64,000 nucleotides of DNA from Flectonema sp. DT1601. Lineage: Eukaryota. Position numbers and translations under genes: made by a program. The stretch lies in assembly GCA_964019425.1 (NCBI GenBank), contig OZ025793.1, forward strand, positions 1,116,001 to 1,180,000, read 5' to 3'. Each line of letters opens with the position of its first letter. Positions within the stretch are counted from its first letter, which is position 1. Of the stretch, positions 11,301 through 22,600 are shown one piece after another. The notes beneath the pieces are model-generated. The model saw only the letters and a program-made list of their open reading frames with translations. It made no database searches and was not told the DNA's origin.

Positions 11301-14300
11301 TTTCTTTATAAAGTAATTGAACATAATTTGACTCTGCAATATGAAGTCACAAAACCAGAAATCAGATTATCTGAAGTAGGAGAGTACTATCTGTTTGCTG
11401 ATATGAGTGGTGAGTATGTGATACCAGTTCTACCAGTCATGAAGCAACCAGTTACTGGATTGTATGGACCAATTGAAGTTATTACTGGAAAACCAACCAT
11501 GAGCACTCTCAAGATACTCCCCGAAGGAATTGAACTTCCAATAGAAGAGCTACCCATCCCAACCATCTCTCTTCAAGATGAATGTAATAATTATTTTCAT
11601 CATGAGGTAGTCGAAACAAGTGGATCGGTTCCTTTATTAAATCAAACTTCAGATATTAATATTCATACTCTGACTGGTGAGACTCTACCATGGTCCTTGT
11701 CAGCTCATGGAAAACCACAATATCTGTCTACAAAGTGTACAATAAATGAACAAAACAACAGAATAATATCACTGACAACAACAATAACTGATTGTGATAA
11801 TAATGTTTGTGTTGGTTCTGATTTTCAATCGAAGGGGCTTGGGAGTTCAATTGGAGTGACGTATTTCATTCGTAAAAAGAATAACTCATACATGACACTT
11901 ACACACACGCCAATCATTAATGGTGTGAGTTCAACTACAGTATCTATTCCTGAAGATGAGGACGGTGGTGATATCATCTCAACTATCGGTAGTTTTGTTC
12001 CACAATTTGATTCAATTGATAATTTATTAACCTTAACTGCTGAAAGACTTCAGAGTTGCAGCATCACAATAAAACCATCCTCATCGAATGTCAACCTCAT
12101 CGACTACACTGTCGACATCACTAAGAAAGTATTATTTGGTGGAGTGTCTGAAAACACAAAATGGACGCCACTAAGACAATTAGGTAGTCCTGATGATGAT
12201 GTTGTGATTGCTAATGAAACAGGTCTTCCTGGGATTATAATTACAGATTCAGGTGATTATACTGTTAGAGTTCAGGGTGACATTTCAAATACAATATACG
12301 CACCTCAATCAAAAGCAATTTCATGTCCTCACTTAGAATCAAGTATCGATCTGCCAAGTACCCTACAAAATCTTAACAAACAATCAAATTACGTTTTTGA
12401 AGCGCCTCTCTATTCATCTCTTCGTCGGGATGTTCAGGTTTCAGGGATTGATAAAACTTTTAGTGTAAAGTCAGTAATGGAATTGTCGATTAAAAAACTT
12501 CAAGATACCATGACCAATACAGTAAACCTCGATAATGCATCAAAATCTGTATCAAACAACACGATAACAATCAAACACTTGGGTAAGGATGTGATGTGGC
12601 CTAGACATTTATCTGGTTGGTGTTGCTTCACACTCAACATCAGTGAAGGTGGTATATTTAAAAGTTACAAATCGAATCCAGTGTTTGTGGGTGATGTTAA
12701 GCCGAGATCAATTCAAAATATTGAAACTCTGTCAATACCGAAACCCAGCAGCCTTCCCGAAATAAGCTTGGAATGTAGACAACATGAAAATGTTACAATG
12801 TCGGGGTTTGGGATCAGAGAGCTTGTTATAAAGAAACAATCTATTTCATCCGAATATAATCTCAGATACGCTGAAGTGTACTATAAAATACAAAATACCA
12901 CCAGTCTCGAACATGTTACAACAGCACAGTTTGGGATGAATGAAAATATCGCAATCTGTGAAATTTACATCCCTTTTGGTGTTCAGAAAATAGTTGTCGT
13001 CATGACTGATACCGGAGCACGTCCACAAAAATCTAATTGGAGGCAATCGGCTATTACAGTCCAACCCACATATCTGAACGATGACTGTGGTACTTATTCA
13101 GGTATCACAGACTTGTCTATTTCACTGTCCAACCCTGATAAACATATCCCGGATGAGTATTTATCGTCAGTGACATGTCTCTCTTCCGATGATAAAGTAG
13201 TCGAATGTTATCAGTTGGGTACACCAAAAGAATCAAAATTGGTATCAACGAGAGGTGTTATTCGTGGGCTTATACTTCCACCTGGTCGAGAAAAGTTAAA
13301 AATACGAGTCCAGTACACGATACAAGAGTTTGTTAATGTTAAAATTGATAAACAAACTCAACCCATTGCAGTTAGAGATATTGTAAAATTGGAATTGTCA
13401 AATAAAAATACCGAATCAAAAGACATTAAAATCACAATTGAAAAAAGTGATCCAACGCAGATTGAACTCAAATCTTCCGAAACGATAAACACAGCAGACT
13501 GTAAGCTTGTGTTGAGAAGTAGCAGTTCAGAGAATGAAGTTCATAGTAAAGAAGTCACAATTAAGTCGGTTAATGAATCTGAATCAGTGACTATAACGAT
13601 CCCGAATTCATTCTTTGCTGCGATGGTATCGATCGAACCCTCTTCAGAGTTATTATTTTGGTACGAAATTGACATTCCGACATCCGAACCAAAAAAGAGT
13701 AAAAAAAAGAAGAAAAAACAAAAAACAAATTTAATCAGAACAGAAGCATTCCAACTTAACCTGTATGAGAAACAGTTATCGTTATTGTCTGAGTTTTCGT
13801 TGTGGGCAGAAATTAGAAACAACACTGCTTATTGCATTGTCCGACCTCACGTAGTTGCTGATAGAATTCTTAAAAATATGGAAATAGACTTCTTCATGGA
13901 GGACGAAAAACTCTTCCTCTCTCCTGAAAAAGTACCCGTTCCTAAACTGGGAGATCAGGGGCAGATATCTCTGATTTTACCGACTTTTGAAGGTATTCCA
14001 CCGGGAATTGAACTAACGATTAAAATGAAAAGTGAGGGTGAATTAATTGAAGCTAGTTGGAAACAAACTGCTGGCAAACCCTGTGGACTTTTCTTAGTAC
14101 CAACTCCTCATGTATTTGATTGTATCACAACTGAATATCAGATTTTATTAATCGATGAGAACGGTCATTCAACTACATCACAAACAGACACCACTGTTAA
14201 TTATCATTATGATAAAGACAAGTCAGGTAACGTCATGATACCGAAGGGTGAATGTAGCGCAAAAATCTCACTTACAGATTGTTTTAAAAAAGAAACAACA

Positions 14301-15890
14301 ATAACATTAACGGCATCTCCAGGTATGGAAACCACGCGGGTCATTAAATTGCCAGCCACCCTCGCAGCTTCAACAGATGAAGAAACAAAAATAATCAGAA
14401 ATACGATGACATTTCTAACTGGTGTATTATTTAGAACTGTGTCATTGCACGTTACGTCTGCTTTGTCTGCGTCTTGTCGGAAGTCGATTTCGTCTGGGAA
14501 GAGCCCTCAAGATTTAGTCAAGAGAATAGCTGGTTTGAGTACCGAATGCCTTTCACATCACCCAGTTATAACTTTTCAAGACTATAATCCAACAGCTGTT
14601 AAGTATCCAATTACATCCTGTACCAGAACAGGAGCTTTCATACAACCAAAACCAACAACGGAGTCATACGAAACGTCTTCACTTCATCAGACCAATGAAG
14701 AAGGTGATGTCACATCACAACTACCAGTTGGTAGAATCCTCGTCAATTGGTCTGTCATGTCACCAGGAGAGTATGCAGCTAGTAGATATATTAAACCTCA
14801 GACTCAAGAGAAGAAACCTGAGTCACCTCGAAGACGCAAGAAAGCAAAACAAAAAGAACACGACCTTGGACAAGATTTATCAAAGTTAGAAATAACTGTT
14901 CATGAGCTTTCTGATATGATTGGAAAAACTACCGCTGATGAGACGAGAATGGCTTACTGTACGGTTGTTGTTGGGTCTGAAGTTTGTAGGACACAAATTA
15001 GTGATGAGCTTCGATATGAAGAAATGTTTACATTCACAAGACACACTCGTCAGCAGTTGTTAAAAATATCTGTTTTTGCGAAGAGGACTTCTCATCGAAC
15101 GAGTCAATTTCTTGGTGAAGCATTTCTCCGCTTTGGTACCGAACTGGATGGAACTCTTGTACCAATATCATTATTCCCGAGAACAGGTGGTGCTCGTGCG
15201 GCTCATGATTTAGCTTTTCTGAAATCTCGCAACCGCTCTACTTTTGGAACTGTTACTATCTCTTGGACAACAAAGTATGCTGAACAAGAACCAGAGCAAC
15301 CTGTTGCATTATCACCACGAATCCTACGACGAGAAGTGAGAAACGGTGCGATCGGAGTAGTTGAAAGACCACCTCTTGAAGCATTAGAACCACAAGATAG
15401 TGATGAAGTTTATAATTTAATTGTTTCTCGGGTAATGGAATTCAAAGAAGACCAACACAAAGATGTCCATCTCGGTCACTTATCTGATCCACTTCGTATT
15501 TCAGTACACGCTCTGCTACAGCAGTTAAAGTTAGGAGTTGTTTTACTGCGTGTATCTTCAACTGGAGACTACATGTTGTGTAATCGGTTGGGATATTTCT
15601 CTTCGCGTAACATCCCACTCTCAAACTCGGTATTTTGTTGCTTTTCGTGTAAGGGTCTTTATACGGCAGAAGTGTATCACACGTGCTCGCTTCGTGGAAA
15701 ATCCACCAGACCTCCTCCCACTAAAGTAGTTTACTGCTTGGAAGCTATCGAAGCAGCATCTTCAAGACATAAACCTTCATTTTTATCCTATCACTTTTTA
15801 GGGAAGGCTGGGTTGTCACCAAAAGTGTCTCCAGTTGTTGTGCCTGTGAGTCCACCAGTGTCACCTCCTCCGATTCATCCGTGGAAGTAG
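5307..15890 (+). CDS. Giant (3527 aa) protein: disordered Ser/Pro-rich N-terminus, poly-Lys/Ser-Asp block region, beta-rich C-terminal half with C2-like domain(s)
   Basis: Uninterrupted 10.6-kb ORF. C2-like segment KLEITVHELSDM..AYCTVVVG..RTQI..YEEMFTF..LLKISVF..FLGEAFLRF near 14880-15140; further C2-like segments near 9790-10580. Confidence 0.8.
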   Translation: MVGSDSVGSHSEGDDNNNKSGDGGGLGWWQSLHKAKQEEEEEEEEEEEEHNNSPPLEPRSDDRRSIPESGIDSLAVGAPYSTRDSPQQSPFPRHTSRTLDTVLTPSSQPRQYSPSRDTEDLLEDGTEHVSIPVQFGHSIPSSMVLSPGLSNVANGRSSPIQTVSVRPSVYKENPDSPTQVATPTVGSTQPDTFSAISSRMGQVASLRSAGFQNISRAGREAESNSYISSNDSLIEASLQDQQDKDVRAVSDIRSPESDSKDPFGSVRSPLSASTPIDISSLKSVGENNTNASRKGPQGLTSPVTRQTTLQEDLSSLKSFGERNVKVGVLSGGGSSVGNNEIPSPVASSATSPHQTSPVLMNNDTAIRSPVSTVAGQNLVESGSDEEFTLPGDPLSKKSTSINNNDDFINQINTSQQSIEDFTVHEVPKATSHPPAMGTSSQSNPMKSPAAGPQQGTFSVKSTSVPKGTDSFSIKSSSVDDADSSHYVPHTSPIINPVGSNTKIDSPIVNEITTSPLQSHEEQPLGTIELEDDPVRGQSDIYNDDNVVDTTSPQSAGIPKSPIVETANPTSVKSNSDTERVLGSTDSQDEDRFRSKSPTLGTEQRVAESYSASSVLNTSPAAVKVEATELPPPPIQSTVLGASQAEIEQKNIDTFSVKSADNVPAVAAAQNVVQTETSAASIENRAADTSPLSASNRYTTSPIRGGTATGKSHDDKSPSEGEMNIKHLNEEIKSTPEGVIHSQSSAAPDVAQEISQYEVPTSQGHTEGINDAVGLMSESYYSDFEDHVEQPDELQASAPVTVKEVSKSFDTNLPTEQSTSLVIEGVEKEVTSSKKKKNKKSKVGESASPKKKKKKKKKKKSANETATMEASPSKTQEADDDDVEGSNSPGDNSLGDISQSIPNRDLTSTEALTDMKTNETHDESTREKKINISGNENESSTMSPGAASKAGNTSEQGNEKSKKKKKSSVKKTSDKENGSAGYDSDTDEPQEEEKKKKKKKQKKKSSAKKTSDENGSAGYDSDTDEPQREEEKKKKKKQKKKKKKKKKKSKTNKEESNADTDSDSNSGDNSSSKVKKKKKKKSKKSDNDSSSDSSSGDDSSKKKKKKKKKKSKKDDSDSSSDSSSDSSKKKKKKKKKSKKSASDSSDSSSGDDSSKKKKKKKSKKKKKKESKSDSSSDSSSASDSKKKSKKKKSSSSSSSSSDSSSGSEEKKKRKKKNKKSKKSKGSDDENSPKKDSDKKKKNKNKKDKKSDSDENSVKKDSDKKKKDKKNKKDKKSKKSKGSDSDENLSKKSSSSDDKKKKSKKETTSLSDSNEKPKLANEEVAESSAAVNMNGENASPDSTNYSSAEPPFDVAEDDISHDHLGGTNIYSEDPDHDFVVNNIPNENTPLASVEHHDYEDSSAKVSDGVSEVDIGHTEPPQTVEYHEHDYKDSSAKVSDDVSEVDIEHTEPQQTVEQRYHEHHVQSLRKLEEIENQSPKQSNKESINNSFQDVLGGYKLVVNIHKFRGMSLSGSSSALPITYQVSYEYVNRDGNIAFEGLNVNERFLFENDGLPLNGVLTIKALIGSKTYNFKTTICGERDIRQTKWLSTTARKSVARVSVSCQYCYRSKSLFYIFVRIKEFKPNPSHPDYQSQPSESNYTVVTANERWDHVASDTSTLGLSGTSFIWESNRMEIDLSKDPNVRLSLWQRSKWRPEKTENTVQEREDGCLGELLIDIRRRDLQNQLGKWVWMNVNTQGCSALLAEVSDAIQLSGKIQIMFQQSAKAWNAAITPLGKTVPLDDQLSLVRNATTNSDALSRMHITVHDLTLRIYKLVGKLSSSEIPNWVYQLPVSGKLCHSGVTLSRAGSFTSEPPIFIIRHFLTAAFDLRKFSEDSCTATLVAIKLRAMGILEGKFGDWKQPSLSLGLYKVVSYLLEPVTSREEIKIRAHEECTLDTVSTLIQIVLSGSALPAKVVITTSLSDVGKVTEAPATFRMSYELVDSFGRIREPKDFGNQTKIRIFLYKVIEHNLTLQYEVTKPEIRLSEVGEYYLFADMSGEYVIPVLPVMKQPVTGLYGPIEVITGKPTMSTLKILPEGIELPIEELPIPTISLQDECNNYFHHEVVETSGSVPLLNQTSDINIHTLTGETLPWSLSAHGKPQYLSTKCTINEQNNRIISLTTTITDCDNNVCVGSDFQSKGLGSSIGVTYFIRKKNNSYMTLTHTPIINGVSSTTVSIPEDEDGGDIISTIGSFVPQFDSIDNLLTLTAERLQSCSITIKPSSSNVNLIDYTVDITKKVLFGGVSENTKWTPLRQLGSPDDDVVIANETGLPGIIITDSGDYTVRVQGDISNTIYAPQSKAISCPHLESSIDLPSTLQNLNKQSNYVFEAPLYSSLRRDVQVSGIDKTFSVKSVMELSIKKLQDTMTNTVNLDNASKSVSNNTITIKHLGKDVMWPRHLSGWCCFTLNISEGGIFKSYKSNPVFVGDVKPRSIQNIETLSIPKPSSLPEISLECRQHENVTMSGFGIRELVIKKQSISSEYNLRYAEVYYKIQNTTSLEHVTTAQFGMNENIAICEIYIPFGVQKIVVVMTDTGARPQKSNWRQSAITVQPTYLNDDCGTYSGITDLSISLSNPDKHIPDEYLSSVTCLSSDDKVVECYQLGTPKESKLVSTRGVIRGLILPPGREKLKIRVQYTIQEFVNVKIDKQTQPIAVRDIVKLELSNKNTESKDIKITIEKSDPTQIELKSSETINTADCKLVLRSSSSENEVHSKEVTIKSVNESESVTITIPNSFFAAMVSIEPSSELLFWYEIDIPTSEPKKSKKKKKKQKTNLIRTEAFQLNLYEKQLSLLSEFSLWAEIRNNTAYCIVRPHVVADRILKNMEIDFFMEDEKLFLSPEKVPVPKLGDQGQISLILPTFEGIPPGIELTIKMKSEGELIEASWKQTAGKPCGLFLVPTPHVFDCITTEYQILLIDENGHSTTSQTDTTVNYHYDKDKSGNVMIPKGECSAKISLTDCFKKETTITLTASPGMETTRVIKLPATLAASTDEETKIIRNTMTFLTGVLFRTVSLHVTSALSASCRKSISSGKSPQDLVKRIAGLSTECLSHHPVITFQDYNPTAVKYPITSCTRTGAFIQPKPTTESYETSSLHQTNEEGDVTSQLPVGRILVNWSVMSPGEYAASRYIKPQTQEKKPESPRRRKKAKQKEHDLGQDLSKLEITVHELSDMIGKTTADETRMAYCTVVVGSEVCRTQISDELRYEEMFTFTRHTRQQLLKISVFAKRTSHRTSQFLGEAFLRFGTELDGTLVPISLFPRTGGARAAHDLAFLKSRNRSTFGTVTISWTTKYAEQEPEQPVALSPRILRREVRNGAIGVVERPPLEALEPQDSDEVYNLIVSRVMEFKEDQHKDVHLGHLSDPLRISVHALLQQLKLGVVLLRVSSTGDYMLCNRLGYFSSRNIPLSNSVFCCFSCKGLYTAEVYHTCSLRGKSTRPPPTKVVYCLEAIEAASSRHKPSFLSYHFLGKAGLSPKVSPVVVPVSPPVSPPPIHPWK
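7800..9220 (+). repeat. Coding low-complexity region: (AAG)n poly-Lys blocks alternating with Ser/Asp blocks
   Basis: Repeated units such as DSSSDSSSGDDSSKKKKKKKKKKSKK, and a duplicated KKTSD(K)ENGSAGYDSDTDEPQ. Confidence 0.9.
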
Positions 15891-16614
15891 TAGAGATGGG
15901 ATGAGAGCATCTGTTCTGCACTTCAACTTCTCCCTCGCCTGTTGCTGTTTGGTTTACTTTTACTTTCTGGTTAGTTATTTCTGTGTGGTGTTTCTCCTGT
16001 GAAGGAGGGTTCTGGTTTTTTTTTCTTCTTTCTTCATTACTATTATTCGTGGAAATAATTCATCAAAATTACTAAACAGTTTTTCCTGTGATTATGGGTG
16101 CATGTCTTTTTTTATTTTTTTTTGTTGTGAACAAATTTACAATTAGCCTCGAAAATAAGTACCTTTCGCAATCAGGTCGAAAATCAATTGGTTCGTGTTG
16201 TCTTTTTTCTTCAATTCCGATATAAGTAGTCAACCAAAATAACACATGCATACTCTATAGGAAGTTTATCAAGGAAAACTTCTTGTTGTCCACCTAGCTG
16301 AATTCCCTTCGTTTTTCTTTCTTTCTTTCTTTTTTTTTTTTTTTCCTACTCGTATTGTTTACTTTGAGTATGTGAACAAAAAATATATATAAAAATAAGA
16401 AAAAAGAAACATAACTCTACTTTAAAAAAACCTTCCAGACAATTGTGTAAAGGTGGAGTAGTTGTTTTTTTTTGAATTTTGCAATTCTTTTTGTATTTGT
16501 GTAGTTTTGAAATTATTCTTTCACTTTTTCATCAGTAAATCCATCTTCACCCAAATGCAAAACTAAAAAAAAACAAAAAAAAAAAAAAAAAAAAGAAAAG
16601 GGTGATTTAAATAA

Positions 16615-19600
16615 ATGGAATCATGGAGAGAATTCGTCGATGAAGACGATGAAGAAAGCAGCAACATCATCGACAGCTGGATGAAAATCTTAAATATGGG
16701 AGACAAAGAAGTCTTGGAAATGGGCGTTGGACAGAATGCAAAAAAATTTCAAGGAAAAAGTCTCATGATATTAAAAACTTCAAATGTATTTAGAAGTAAA
16801 TGTATTTGGATGATTGTCCACCCATATTTCGATTACGCTGTTCTGTTTGCCATATTCGTGAATGCTATTTTTATAGCCCTCGATGATCCTTCCTATTGGA
16901 GTCAAGTGGTTGATATAATTTTCCTGGTGTTGTTTTCTGTTGAGACAACTCTTAAAGTCATAGCCATGGGACTCGTAATCGGTCAACATGCCTACCTCAG
17001 AGACGCATGGAATGTTGTAGATTTTGTTATTGTAGTCTGTGGTTGGGTATCTTACTTATTTGCAAATGTCTCAGCGTTCTCAGTTGTTAGAGTTGTACGA
17101 GTGTTTCGACCACTTCGATCAGTAAATCGCATTGCTGGGATGCGTCGATTGGTTAATACACTCTTTGCTTGTCTTCCTCTTATGCTTGACGTCGTCATGT
17201 TGAGTATTTTAATATTTTATCTATTCAGTATCGCTGGTGTTGTGTTGTGGAATGAAAGCCTTCACAATCGTTGCCGACCCGCCAGTGAGGCTTATAACCC
17301 TGACTGGAAACCAGTTTCAATGGACCGTGTTTGTGGTAATTCGAGTGTCATTTCCGCCTTTCAAGTCAGCTGTCGTGAGGGGCAGCAGTGTATTAATTCT
17401 TCAGCTCCATATGCGTATGCAAATTTCGATCACATTGGAAAAGCCTTACTCCTAGTGTTTCAATGTGTTACTCTTGACGGATGGGTTTATCACTCATATG
17501 CAGTAGAAGATGGATGGTCTCCCTTTGCGGCTCTCTTCTTCGTATTTTTAACCATGTTTGGAGCGTATTTCTTTGCGAACCTGATTCTAGCCGTTGTGAC
17601 AGATGCCTTGGCTAAGTATACCGCTGATGAGTCGAGTAAAGAGCAACCTCTAACAGAAGAGGCGCTCACAATGCATGAATCTGGTGTCGGCCCTCCAAAA
17701 TTAACATCAATAGTAAAACCTTCTATCTTTGATAAAAGTGTTTTCAGAGGTACCCAAGCACAAGCACAGGAAGGTTGGAATCATTTCATCAGTGATATTA
17801 ATGAACAGGCAGTTAAAGGTATTGCGAACTATCAAAAGAAGACAACTCGTCGTAAACGGGCGTCAACATTCAGAGGACTACATTCAGCCACTGACACGAA
17901 AATTATATTTCACAAAAACGGAAAGCGTCCGAGATCATACAGTTGTGTTGTAAGTAGTACTGCTCGTTATATTCCTGCTAACCATCACAGTAAGGCAACT
18001 GTTAGTCTTACTGCCATTACTAGTTTACAGAATAGTGCTTATGGATGGGTTCCTGTAAGTCAAGAATTACACCAACGGTTCTCAAGAAAAGCTGCTTACC
18101 CGGCAGCTATCGGTGCTGTGATGGCGATAGTGATAAGGACTGCTGCTCAAAAAAGAGAATATAAAAATTTACAGCTGCAGCCAATGTCTTTTGCGAGAGA
18201 GACAAGCAAGTTGTCGGCGACAAGTAACTTTAGTGGTGGACCTACAGCTCACTTTTCTCAACCTGCAATTGCGAATAAATCTTTTGGTTCTAACAACCAG
18301 AGATCGTTTCCACAGAGGAAGAAAGGACCTCCATCAGCTACTTCAACACAAATATCATATCCAACAACAGAATCTATTTCTGAACCAGGTACGTCTGGTG
18401 TTCGACATCAATTGAGGATATTCTGTAGATCATCTTTATTTAACAATACAATTATTGGCATAATTTTATTGAATGCTTTACTTATGTCCCTCGAACATTA
18501 TGACATGCCGAGTGTATTAGAAAACATGCTTGAAAAAGCTAACATGGCGATCACATTTGTGTTTGTAATCGAAACAGTTCTTAAGATTACTGCTTTGGGA
18601 AAAAAGTGGCCTCGCGATAGGTTCAATCTTTTTGACTTTTTCGTAGCAGCAATTTCACTGTTTGAATTTATATTTTTAGAATCTAAAGCGGTTTCTCTTT
18701 TTAGAGTCTTTCGTCTTTGTAGGGTACTGCGAGTTCTGAAACTGGCTCGTTCTTGGAAGGTCCTTCATAACATCATCAAAATGATTGGAAATTCACTAGC
18801 CTATATTGGTTACTTGGTTTTGCTTATCTTGTTATTTATATTTATATTTGCCGTACTGGGTCGTTCAATATTCGACTCATTTAACGACAACACAGTTCGT
18901 TGGTGTAAAACAATAGAAACAGAAATCGATTGTGCCTCACATACTGAAATAAGTTTGGGTCAGGTTTGTGAGTGGAGACAGTTAGAATGTCCGTTAGGTA
19001 ACAATAACGTGACATTTAGTAATCTCACAACATGGGATAATTATACTGTAAACCCTTGTGGAGACTTTGAGTGCCGCGTTAGCGCTGATTGGCAAAAAAT
19101 GGATCCCACATACAGAGCTAGATTCGACAAACTTAATTGGGCCGCAGTTCACGTTTTTCAAGTTCTTACTCGTGACAATTGGGGACTCCTGTGCTTTCGA
19201 GCAATGGAAGAAGTAAATGGTACAGCAGTACTGTACTTTTTAACAATATTAATATTCGGAACCTACTTGCTTTTCTCGATGTTCATTGCCATTCTCTTGG
19301 TGAGACTAAGCGAGCAGAGCGAAGCACGAAAGTTACGAAAAAAGAAGAAACAAGAAGACATCCTGAGTGACGGACAGTCAGAGGTAATGAGTCCAGTTAT
19401 TACAATCGATGCGTGTTCAGAACCTAACGTAGTATCCCCAACAATGACAGGACCAGGTTCACCAACAATAAGTCGAAGTGATGTTTTGTTGTATCAAATG
19501 GCTCGCTCAAAGGAGAGAAAAGATAGATTGGAGCGACGTAAAAAGCTAAAGTTCGGAGAACGTTCTTGTAGTGTAGCTGGTTCTGTCTGTTCAGTGCAAT

Positions 19601-22600
19601 TCGACGGGGGCAGAAGCAGGGCTGGGACATTTAAGGAGTTTCAAAAGAAATTAGGAGCGCGGTCAGGATACGATGACGACGATCGTAGTAGTTGTATGTC
19701 ATGGGAACACACAGCAAGAGGTAAGGACTTGGTTTCAGCAATGAAAGGTTCAAGAGTCCTTGCGGGAACTCCATCAGAAAAACCTGCTCACGCAGTTGTA
19801 CGCCAACCCGACACAACAGATGCTATCGATCGCCTTTTATCTGGAGCAGATGAGTGCTACGCTGAAGATGAAGAAGATTCTGAAACAGATGATTTTGATA
19901 CTCTTCAAGGTTACTCTTTTGGTTACTTCTCACCTGAATCAAGAATTCGACTATTCCTCACCAACTTCATCCTCCAACGCTATTTCGAAGTCACAATGGG
20001 ATATTTAATTATTGTAAACTGTTGTGTGATTGCATTAAATAAGAACATACTTGACAACTCCGACCAGGCAATCCGAATCGTTGAGATCGCAGATTGGGTG
20101 TTTACCGGCATCTTTACCCTGGAGATTATATGCAAATGCATCGTCTATGGAGTGTGGAAAGGTGAATATAGTTACTTACGCCGCCAACGTTGGAATAAAA
20201 TAGATACCTGTATTGTTATTCTCTCTCTCATATCTATCCCAATTCAATTTCAAGCTCGTGCTTCTTCAGCAGGTCATCATAAGCCTGTCAACACTGTTGC
20301 TCGTGCGATAAAAGCATTCAGAGCATTTAGACCTCTTCGAATTCTAGTAAGAACCAAAAGAATGAAAGTTGTAATTGGTGCATTCGTAAACACTATACCT
20401 GCAGTGTTTAACGTGATGGCTGTTGCTTTTGTGTTGTATTTCATATTTGGAATTGCTGGTGTCCAACTTATGAAAGGAGCTTTTCGCAGATGTAGCGATG
20501 GCTCTGACAGAAGCAAAGTCGAATGTATCGGAAACTGGAGAGCAACTGCAGGAGATGGTGTTTGGATGACACAAGAAGAAATACAAATTGGTTGGAAAAG
20601 TATTAAAAGAGAATGGATAAACCCAAGAGCTATCAGTTTTGATAACTTATTATCATCGTGGACAGCACTTCTTGAAGTTGCTGCTCTTAGTGGTTGGATG
20701 GATATTATGTATGCGGCAATCGATTCGAGTGAAACAATTGACAGCCGACCTATTCGTGAAAACCGTCCATTTTTAATTCTTTATTTCATATGTTGGATTT
20801 TTGCTGGTGCATTCTTCGTCATGAATATCTTCACGGGTGTTGTTGTTGATCATTTTTCAAGACAAAAGGTTCAACTGGATGGTTCTATTTGGTTGACAAA
20901 CCAACAAGAACGTTCCCTCCGAGTCAAGAGAATTCTCCTAAACAGCAGAGCAAAGAAACGAAGAGCCCTTCCAATCCGCCCGCACTACATTAATAGAGCA
21001 TGCTATGCTATTGTAACACAGAAATGGTTTCCAAGATTTATCTTTATTTGTGTCGTTGTTAACGTGTTGTTGATGGCGACAGTGCATCGAGGAATGAATG
21101 GAACTTATGCTCAAATCCAGTCATATGGAAATATGATATTCACGGTTATATTTACTGTGGAAATGATACTTGAAATATCAGTCGCAGGACCAGCAGCATA
21201 CCTAAACTTCAAGTGGTGTCGACTTGACTGCGCTATCGTAATAATTTCTTGGATAGAAATCATAGTTGAACTCATATTCTCCGGAGGTAATGCTGCTGCG
21301 ACAGTCCAACTGCTCCGATTGGCCAGATGCTTTCGCCTCCTCCGACATTTCAAAGGTCTACGTAAGTTGCTGATGACTTTATATTTCAGCGTTCCTGCTT
21401 TTTATAATATCGCTTCTCTACTGTTCCTCATGTTTTTTATTTTCGCTATTCTGGGAATGGCTCTCTTTGAAGATGTAGTAACCGCACACACGGAACCATT
21501 ATACCCGTTATTGCTGAGTGACAAAGCGAATTTTCGTAATTTTCCCAGAGCAATGTTAACCTTATACAGAGTAGCGACCATGGATACTTGGGTTACTGTG
21601 TGGAGTGGTTGTCAAGTTCAACCTCCATATTGCAGTTTTGATGAAGCAAATTGTGGTAACGGTATTATAGCATCATTGTATTTTTCTATATTCATGATAT
21701 GCATTGGTTTTGTTATGATGAACTTATTCATTGCTATAATCCTCGAAAATTTCAGAGAATCGGTACTACTACCGGAAGACTTAACAAGAAAGATGCAACA
21801 AGTTTCTCTATTCCGTGAGACATGGGCTAGATATGACCCAAAAGGTCAACAATATGTAAAAGCTAATGAGTTTATCCCTATGTTGGAGGAATTAAGCCCA
21901 CCCATCGGACTCAAAGGAAAAGAAAAAGTCGAGGTTTTGAGATTACTTCAGCACCTTGATTTCCCAATTACTTGGCCAGATCAGAATGTTTTGTTTGCAG
22001 ATGCGGTCGATGCTATTGGAGAAGCGATTTTTAAAATTCATCTTTTGGATTCTCTTGCGACTCGGAAATACTTAAAAACTGAAAATAGAATGGAACTTTA
22101 CCAATATGGTTTTACAATAGCTCATTGGTGTGCTGCCTGTATTATTCAATCAGCATGGAGAGAATATACATTAGGTCAGGCAGTCACTGGGGTTATTATA
22201 TTCCATCCTCCTGAGAAAGACGTTTTAATGAAAAGTATCGCTACAGCTGTCAAACGTCAACGTTTGGTTTCTCCACCAATAAGGGCAAGGTCTAAATCAG
22301 CCATTCCATTTAAACCTGGTGATCGTCGTTCTGATTCATTTGGTACTATTCAAGAACGTTTATTTTCAGACAAGACAGATACCTCATCTGAATACGAACA
22401 AAGTGACAAACTCGCATCATCAATGAAAGTAATGCCGACACGAACGGCTTCTCAGTTTGCATTTAGACCCCTGGGTAGTTTCTGTATGAATGCAGACCCT
22501 TCTCCTCAATTGATAAATCCTCTGCGTCCGAAACCTTTATTATCTAATAATACGATACCTGCTTTACCGCTTGGAGGAAAGAAACCAACACTTCCGTTGC

